Assembly (NCBI GenBank): GCA_965248435.1
Contig: OZ252100.1
Coordinates: 4,768,001 to 4,832,000, forward strand
Direction of reading: 5' to 3'
Origin: Candidatus Latescibacterota bacterium
GTDB lineage: Bacteria; Latescibacterota; UBA2968; GCA-2709665
DNA: 64,000 nucleotides
A program made the position numbers and the translations under genes. Below, one piece after another: positions 58,319-64,000 of the stretch. A model generated the notes under the pieces. That model saw only the letters and a program-made list of their open reading frames with translations, did no database searches and was not told the origin of the DNA. Within the stretch, counting starts at the first letter, position 1, and the number at the start of each line of letters is the position of its first letter.

Positions 58319-59212
58319 TTATCTGCGGGGGGTGATGGCGACGCTGTAGGCGTAGCGCCAGTCTTCGAGGTGGTTGAGGAGAACGCCGCTGCTGATCGTT
58401 CGGTCGCAGCCTGTAAGGTCGTGGATCTCGGTTCGTTTGGGTTCGGCGTGTTCCCGGTTGCGCATGAGGGTTTGGAAAGCCCCGACTTTCGCACGATCGA
58501 CTTTTCCGATGCGTGCGATCACCCAGGCTTCGAAATCCAGGTAGTTCGGCAGCGAATCGCGGATGTAGGCGAGCGTCTCCTCGCGATCGAGGCCGAGTGC
58601 GTCGAGGACTCGCTGATCCAGACCGCCGCCGAAGGCGGGGTAGTCGCTGTTGAGCAGCCCTTTGGCCTCTAAGAGGACTTTCAACCAGGTGCGTGCGAGC
58701 TGCATGACGCCGAGCGGGCCTACTTCGATGCTGCTGATGAGGGGTGGGAAGCCGGAGGGGATATCGCAATCGTCTGAGCTGTAGTCATCCCTGTGAAAGA
58801 GCTGCCAATCCTGCAGCGTGTTCAGGAGCAGGGCGGAGGTATGGGTATCCACGTCGGGGTCGAACCCAATGTCGGTGTAGGTTTCGGTAATCTTTTCTGG
58901 GCGGATGTGACGGCGATATACGATGATTTCGTTGAATCTGGCGACCCTGGCTGCAGGCAGTTTCCCACCCTTCTTGTCCAGAATCCAACCCTCGAAGGTC
59001 ACATAGTCGGGAAGCTCGGAACGCAGGTAGTCATACACCTCGTCGATATCCAGCTCGAGTGCCTCGAGGCACATGGTATCCAGCCCGGCACTCCTGTCCG
59101 GGTAGGCCGGGTCGAGGAGGCCGACGGCGCGTGTCAGCGTCTTCCACCAGGTTCGGGGGAGTTGCGAGACCCCGATGCTGCCCTTGCATATGCTGCCTAT
59201 CAGTGGGATCAT
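58319..59212 (-). CDS. Internally duplicated protein (two DUF5069-like domains)
   Basis: Both halves show PLI.S...G..GV.QL.RTW.K....A.GLL...YP....GLD...L.AL.LD...LP.Y..FE.W and LLN.L.DW. Confidence 0.7.
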   Translation of the reverse strand: MIPLIGSICKGSIGVSQLPRTWWKTLTRAVGLLDPAYPDRSAGLDTMCLEALELDIDEVYDYLRSELPDYVTFEGWILDKKGGKLPAARVARFNEIIVYRRHIRPEKITETYTDIGFDPDVDTHTSALLLNTLQDWQLFHRDDYSSDDCDIPSGFPPLISSIEVGPLGVMQLARTWLKVLLEAKGLLNSDYPAFGGGLDQRVLDALGLDREETLAYIRDSLPNYLDFEAWVIARIGKVDRAKVGAFQTLMRNREHAEPKRTEIHDLTGCDRTISSGVLLNHLEDWRYAYSVAITPRR

Positions 59213-59309
59213 TTTGGCTCCTCGATTTGATCAGTGACGGTAAGTAGATCCGCGCTGAATGTACCGCAGAGAAGAAAGGATTGGAAGCAGTTCCGGCACC
59301 TGGATGAGT

Positions 59310-60581
59310 TCAGAGAGAGACTGGTGCTTCACCCCAATCCGGTACGGCAAGCAGCTCGCCATCTCTGAGCGCGGATTTGTGCGCCATCACGCCCATAGCC
59401 ACGTAGTGGCAGGCCTCCCAGGCGTTGATCGCCGGGGCCCGGTTCTCGGCCAACGAACTTACGAATTCGTGAACGAGTCGGCGGTTCGAACCGCCGTGGC
59501 CTACGGGCGGATAGGCGATTGGCCCCTCCGCTTCGATCACGTCCTTTATTTCCTCGGCCGTCCGGGCGGGGTTCTCGGCCAGCAGGTAGGCCTCGGCCAC
59601 CTCCCGAGGCAGATCATCGCACATCTCTCGGAGCGTGGGTTTCTGCTCACCCTTGTCTGGCACGCGGGGGAGACCCGGTTCGCGCCTGGTCCAGTACCAG
59701 GTCTCTTCGCGCCAGGTGGCACAGGTGCCGAAGATGTTGATCTTGTAGCCATCCGTAGTGATTTCACGGTATTCACGGGCCGTGAACACGGCGCCGTTGT
59801 TCATGTAAAAGACGCCTGTTTCATTCGAAAAGACCTCGCCCCACTTGTCGAACATGTCGTCTAGTCCGGTCGGCTTCATGCCGATGGCCGAGACTTTCGA
59901 GGCGTGTGACTTCATGATCGATACCGGGCCCGATACGGAATGCGTCGGGTAGTGCATGGGTCCGCTGAGGATGCCTTTGTCGATATATTTCTCTTTCAAT
60001 ATCCGCGGCCACCGACTTCCGATCACGCTGGCGATGCGTTTCGAGTAAACGTCTTCCATACTGCGACCCCAGGCGCCGCTGTAGTCGTGAGCATACTCCG
60101 CGTTCGCGGAAATGAACCGGCCGAAGGCGTCCTCCGCCGCCTGCCGCCGCATGAACATGACCTCGGGGTGATAATAGGTCGTCTCGCCCAGCATGAAGTG
60201 CCGGCCGGTCTTCCTGACCGTGTCGATGATCTCATCACACCAGCCCAGTATCTCGTCGCCGTCGGGAACACAGAAGATCGGCACGGCGCAGAAGGCGGTC
60301 TTGCCCGATTCCAGCACCTGGACGACCTGGGGGGCGTGCAGCCAGGGCTGAGTGATCAGGACGATCGCGTCCAGGTCGCTTTTGCAGATGTCATCGAGCG
60401 AAGTGTAGGCATCGCTCGGGTCGAACTTTCCCTTCATAAAATCGCTCTCCGCGAAATTCCTTACACGATCCTCTTCGATATCGCAGAAAGCGATGCGCTC
60501 GACGAGCGGATGGGCCTTGAACAGGTTGACAAAACCGGTTCCGAATTTCCCGAGGCCCACCATCCCTATGCTCACGCCCAC
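59310..60581 (-). CDS. Gfo/Idh/MocA family oxidoreductase
   Basis: IGMVGLGKFG, AVP, GET..Y, YPTH, GHGGS. Confidence 0.85.
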   Translation of the reverse strand: MGVSIGMVGLGKFGTGFVNLFKAHPLVERIAFCDIEEDRVRNFAESDFMKGKFDPSDAYTSLDDICKSDLDAIVLITQPWLHAPQVVQVLESGKTAFCAVPIFCVPDGDEILGWCDEIIDTVRKTGRHFMLGETTYYHPEVMFMRRQAAEDAFGRFISANAEYAHDYSGAWGRSMEDVYSKRIASVIGSRWPRILKEKYIDKGILSGPMHYPTHSVSGPVSIMKSHASKVSAIGMKPTGLDDMFDKWGEVFSNETGVFYMNNGAVFTAREYREITTDGYKINIFGTCATWREETWYWTRREPGLPRVPDKGEQKPTLREMCDDLPREVAEAYLLAENPARTAEEIKDVIEAEGPIAYPPVGHGGSNRRLVHEFVSSLAENRAPAINAWEACHYVAMGVMAHKSALRDGELLAVPDWGEAPVSL

Positions 60582-60614
60582 GCCAGCCTTCCTTCCTCGG
60601 TTCCTGGATTAGAT

Positions 60615-61247
60615 TCAATCTAGATTCTTCTTTACCAGGACCCACCAGTGGTACTCCTCATCATCCGGAGTGCCCTCGAACCGACTTCCCAGAATCCTGA
60701 AATTCGCTTCTTGCAGCATCATCTCGTTTTCTGTCGGGAGAAACGAACTCCAGACCATCCTGGCGCCCAGCCAGTCAGTCTCCTCTCCACACTCGGAGTC
60801 TGAAGTTCCCAGTGTAAGCAGGCCGACTCCAACGGGTTCGAGGGTCCGATAGATACTTCTGAACATTTCCTTGTGCGATTCTCTGGGGAGGTGGAAGATA
60901 GTATAGAGAGACAGCGCCGCCTGGAACGATTCGTCGGGCACCGATATATCGGAGATATCTCCACAGATGAGTCTGGCCTGCGGGACGTGTCGACGAGCGC
61001 TTCTTAGATGCTTCATACAGAAGTCGACACCCGTGAGACTGTATCCGCGTCGCGCGAGATGCAGATCATAGGGAATTCCGGGGCCACAGCCCAGATCCAG
61101 GACTCTGGCTCCGGAAGGAAGACAACTGCAGAACTGTTCGAAGAGATCTGCCTCGAAAGGGGACAGCTCTTTCCGCAACCGGAAAGACTGCTCGTAGTCG
61201 ATTTTCTCGTAGCCCTCGCGAACGATTGCTCGCATGCTGTTCGTCAA
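60615..61247 (-). CDS. Class I SAM-dependent methyltransferase
   Basis: VLDLGCGPGIP, TGVD, YTIFHLPR. Confidence 0.88.
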   Translation of the reverse strand: MTNSMRAIVREGYEKIDYEQSFRLRKELSPFEADLFEQFCSCLPSGARVLDLGCGPGIPYDLHLARRGYSLTGVDFCMKHLRSARRHVPQARLICGDISDISVPDESFQAALSLYTIFHLPRESHKEMFRSIYRTLEPVGVGLLTLGTSDSECGEETDWLGARMVWSSFLPTENEMMLQEANFRILGSRFEGTPDDEEYHWWVLVKKNLD

Positions 61248-61320
61248 TTCCTGCGCGCGAAGCAGTGGAAGGAGCTGCCGAGGTACGAGGATCGACCGAA
61301 GGACGAAACCCGTTACGAAT

Positions 61321-62205
61321 CTAGAGCAGCTTCTTCTCGGACCAGTTCAGACCTGCCTCATCGAAAAGCTTGATCCAGTCGTGATGCGAACGCGCGACGC
61401 TTTCAGGATGTTCTCGGCTGCGGGCAACAAAGCCGGGTTTGCCCGAACGCCCCGTCGGGAGCCCGATACCGCTGTAACGCGTGTCGACGCTCCACCTGAC
61501 AGTTTTAGAGGTGTTGGGAATCGAGCGATGTAACAGCCGTTCCATGGTCATCAAGGCATCACCCACATCCACCTGGCACGTCACGACTTCGCCTTCAGGC
61601 ATGTCGGCCTCGGCAACACCCTTGTAGATCGATACACGAGCGTCGTGCGGCAACAGACCCGCACGATGCGACCCTCGAATCACCTGCATGCAGCCGTTCT
61701 CGGCGGTGGCCTTGACCAGGGGAATCCAGAAATTCACGATCAAAGTTTCTCCTGCATCCTCAGGCTTCAGGTAGGCCAGGTCCTGATGCCAGGGCACCAC
61801 CGTCTTCTCCTGGTCCGGTAGTTTCACACGGGTGACCGTTTGCGGATGCCCCAGAATTTCAGGGCCAATCAATGATTCCGCTGCGTCAAGTAGAGTTGGC
61901 CAGGTTCTGAACGTGAACATGCCGGCGGTCTTGTGCTGTTTACCGTGAACCCGCTGCCACACCCATTCAACGTCAGAGCAGGCGTCCGACACCAGCGCCA
62001 GACGGGTGGTGAATGGCGCATCGGAATGCGCGTCTGCCGCATCGAGCAGCCCCCGGCTCACCGCTTCAGTGATCGATTCGTCGACCTTCTGTTCGAGCTC
62101 ATCGATGAAGGGTTGCAGTGCTTCGCGTGGGAGCAGATCGCGGACGATCAGATAGCCATCTTCGTGGAACTGTTGAACTTGCTCGGAATCGAGTCCTCGA
62201 CTCAT
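61321..62205 (-). CDS. Phytanoyl-CoA dioxygenase (PhyH) family protein
   Basis: F.EDGYL, PWHQD, WIPL...NGC...GSH, HRS.PN...RWS.D.R. Confidence 0.9.
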   Translation of the reverse strand: MSRGLDSEQVQQFHEDGYLIVRDLLPREALQPFIDELEQKVDESITEAVSRGLLDAADAHSDAPFTTRLALVSDACSDVEWVWQRVHGKQHKTAGMFTFRTWPTLLDAAESLIGPEILGHPQTVTRVKLPDQEKTVVPWHQDLAYLKPEDAGETLIVNFWIPLVKATAENGCMQVIRGSHRAGLLPHDARVSIYKGVAEADMPEGEVVTCQVDVGDALMTMERLLHRSIPNTSKTVRWSVDTRYSGIGLPTGRSGKPGFVARSREHPESVARSHHDWIKLFDEAGLNWSEKKLL

Positions 62206-62517
62206 CAGATTCCTCCGATTGCGCGATTTCGATGACGGCTTTGACCCGCTTTTGGTTTGCCTTACTACAACCTACAAAATAAAATTCCGTGCGGCGATCA
62301 AAATCAAATGAGTTGTCTCGGTACGAGCAGGCCACTATGTTCAGGCACAGCCTGCCTCGACTGTCGCCGTTGACGTCAGGAGGCAGTTGGCAGTTTGGTA
62401 AGAGCGGAGTATGGTCGAGCCTCTATCTTGATCCGATCCCATCACCGGCACCCCCGCTCAGACGCAGGGCCGGTGTGAGTCGACCGGACTCAGTCGGGAA
62501 CCTACCAGGAGTCAGAC

Positions 62518-63636
62518 ATGGCCGCCATTGAAGTCATTGACCACCACGTTGTTTACGAGAACCCCCAGCCCCAGAATCGAGCCCGGCACGGTTACTTCCC
62601 CGGTCTGGTGAAGTTAGCTTCGGGTGAGCTGCTGGCTTTGTTCGTTCTGGGTGAAGCGTTCGAAGCGGCCGACGTGACTACGGTAGTGACCCGCTCAAAG
62701 GATCAGGGGAGGACCTGGAACCTGGAAGGGCCCCTGCACCAGAAAGAGGAGGCGCACCGCTACGACTCAGATTACTTGAAGCCGACGTTGCTGAGTAACG
62801 GCAGGCTGATCGCTTTGGGTTATCGTTTCCACCGTACCGATCCCGATCAGACCATCGCCAACACGGACCCGAACTTCGATGGATTACGCGATGGTGACAA
62901 CCTGGTTTCGTTCTCCGACGACGAAGGACAGACCTGGTCACACCCCGAGATCATCCCCCGAACGCGTCCTGAATTGATCGAGCGGTCGGGCCCGGCCATT
63001 CAGCTGCGCAGCGGCGTCTTACTGGGAGCCGGTTCCTTGTTCCCCGGGTGGGATGGCAGCAATCCCAGCGGCTTCGTCGGTGCCCTCCTGCGAAGTGAGG
63101 ACGATGGCAATACCTGGGATGACCGGACCAACTTTTTCGAAGACCCAGCCGGGCGCTATGCGCCGTCGGAGCCAAGATTATGTGAAATGCAAGACGATCG
63201 CATCGTCTCCTTGAACTGGATGATGGATCACATCGAAGGAACGAACACGACCAATCACGTGACGGTGTCCCATAACGGCGGGGCGACCTGGTCGGATCCG
63301 ATCGACACCGGGGTCCGGGCGCAGGCCTCTAATCTGATCTACTGGGCAGACGATCTCCTTTTGACGGTTCATTGCCACCGTGAAGGGGAGGACGTCGGGC
63401 TCTATGTGCGCATCGTTGATTTTTCTGACGACCGCTGGCGCACGGTCGAGGAGACCAAGGTATGGGGAAACGCGCCATCGATGAAGGTGGCCGCTTATTC
63501 GACCATGGGGCAGAACCTGAGATTCGGACAGGCGTCTCTGCTGCGTCTGGACAACGATGAGTTTCTGGCAACTCACTGGGCGATCGAAGAGGGTCAGGGT
63601 CGTATCCGTGCTCACCGGCTTCGCGTCCAGATCTAG
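62518..63636 (+). CDS. Sialidase-like BNR/Asp-box protein
   Basis: Asp boxes SKDQGRTW, SDDEGQTW, SEDDGNTW, SHNGGATW; AGGAG RBS. Confidence 0.88.
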   Translation: MAAIEVIDHHVVYENPQPQNRARHGYFPGLVKLASGELLALFVLGEAFEAADVTTVVTRSKDQGRTWNLEGPLHQKEEAHRYDSDYLKPTLLSNGRLIALGYRFHRTDPDQTIANTDPNFDGLRDGDNLVSFSDDEGQTWSHPEIIPRTRPELIERSGPAIQLRSGVLLGAGSLFPGWDGSNPSGFVGALLRSEDDGNTWDDRTNFFEDPAGRYAPSEPRLCEMQDDRIVSLNWMMDHIEGTNTTNHVTVSHNGGATWSDPIDTGVRAQASNLIYWADDLLLTVHCHREGEDVGLYVRIVDFSDDRWRTVEETKVWGNAPSMKVAAYSTMGQNLRFGQASLLRLDNDEFLATHWAIEEGQGRIRAHRLRVQI

Positions 63637-63700
63637 CCTGTCTTCCTTGTTTCTCCGTGACGTTTTCTCCCCGTGGATGCGCAAAGACTGAGGAAACAGT

Positions 63701-64000
63701 ATGCTCGAACCCAAAGGCAACACGTTCGAAGTCGTCCAGGAATCTGCGCCCAGAAACAGATATCGTGGTGCGGTCGTCGGCTGCGGCCGCATGGGGAGCA
63801 CCATCGACGACGAACACATCGGGATGCCCCACTACCCGTGGCCCTGGGCACACGCGCCTGCGATGATCGAAGCCAGGGGCATCGACCTCATCGCCGCATC
63901 GGACAACGATCCTGCCAAGCTCGAAGACTTCGGTCGGCGCTGGCGCGTCACCGCACGCTACGCCGACTACCGGGACATGGTCGAGAAGGAGCGGCCTGAT
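63701..64000 (+). CDS. Gfo/Idh/MocA family oxidoreductase, 3'-truncated by the window edge (not in ORF track)
   Basis: MLEPKG...YRGAVVGCGRMGSTIDDE...AHA.A...YADYRDMVEKERPD. Confidence 0.82.
   Translation, partial: MLEPKGNTFEVVQESAPRNRYRGAVVGCGRMGSTIDDEHIGMPHYPWPWAHAPAMIEARGIDLIAASDNDPAKLEDFGRRWRVTARYADYRDMVEKERPD

Overview
GC-rich bacterial chromosomal window with about 60 CDSs. The gene content (many sulfatases, PhyH dioxygenases and Gfo/Idh/MocA oxidoreductases, a TonB receptor, LolC/E) is suggestive of a Gram-negative heterotroph such as Latescibacterota or Poribacteria; this is inference only. It contains the 3' part of lon, a peptidase/nucleoside hydrolase/MetE-like operon, rsgA-rmlA, a long envelope-glycan locus with two O-antigen-ligase-TPR paralogues, mutY, aroC, a TPP-riboswitch-controlled thiO-thiS-thiG-tenI-like-thiD-thiE operon, a second TPP riboswitch ahead of a TonB receptor, infA and a catabolic gene block. 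No rRNA, tRNA, CRISPR, transposase or phage gene was seen. Signals missed by the ORF track: (1) a complete SelW/Rdx-type selenoprotein gene (CxxU, in-frame UGA, SECIS-like hairpin, own promoter, RBS and terminator) at 1709-1942(-); (2) a ~130-nt rod-shaped ncRNA candidate with promoter and U-tail at 41427-41558(-); (3) an attenuator-like infA leader; (4) a 54-aa membrane microprotein; (5) many short intergenic repeat families, three of which are each interrupted by a small C(A/C)TG-tagged hairpin, suggesting a nested mini mobile element. All product calls come from motif recognition by eye; no database searches were run.
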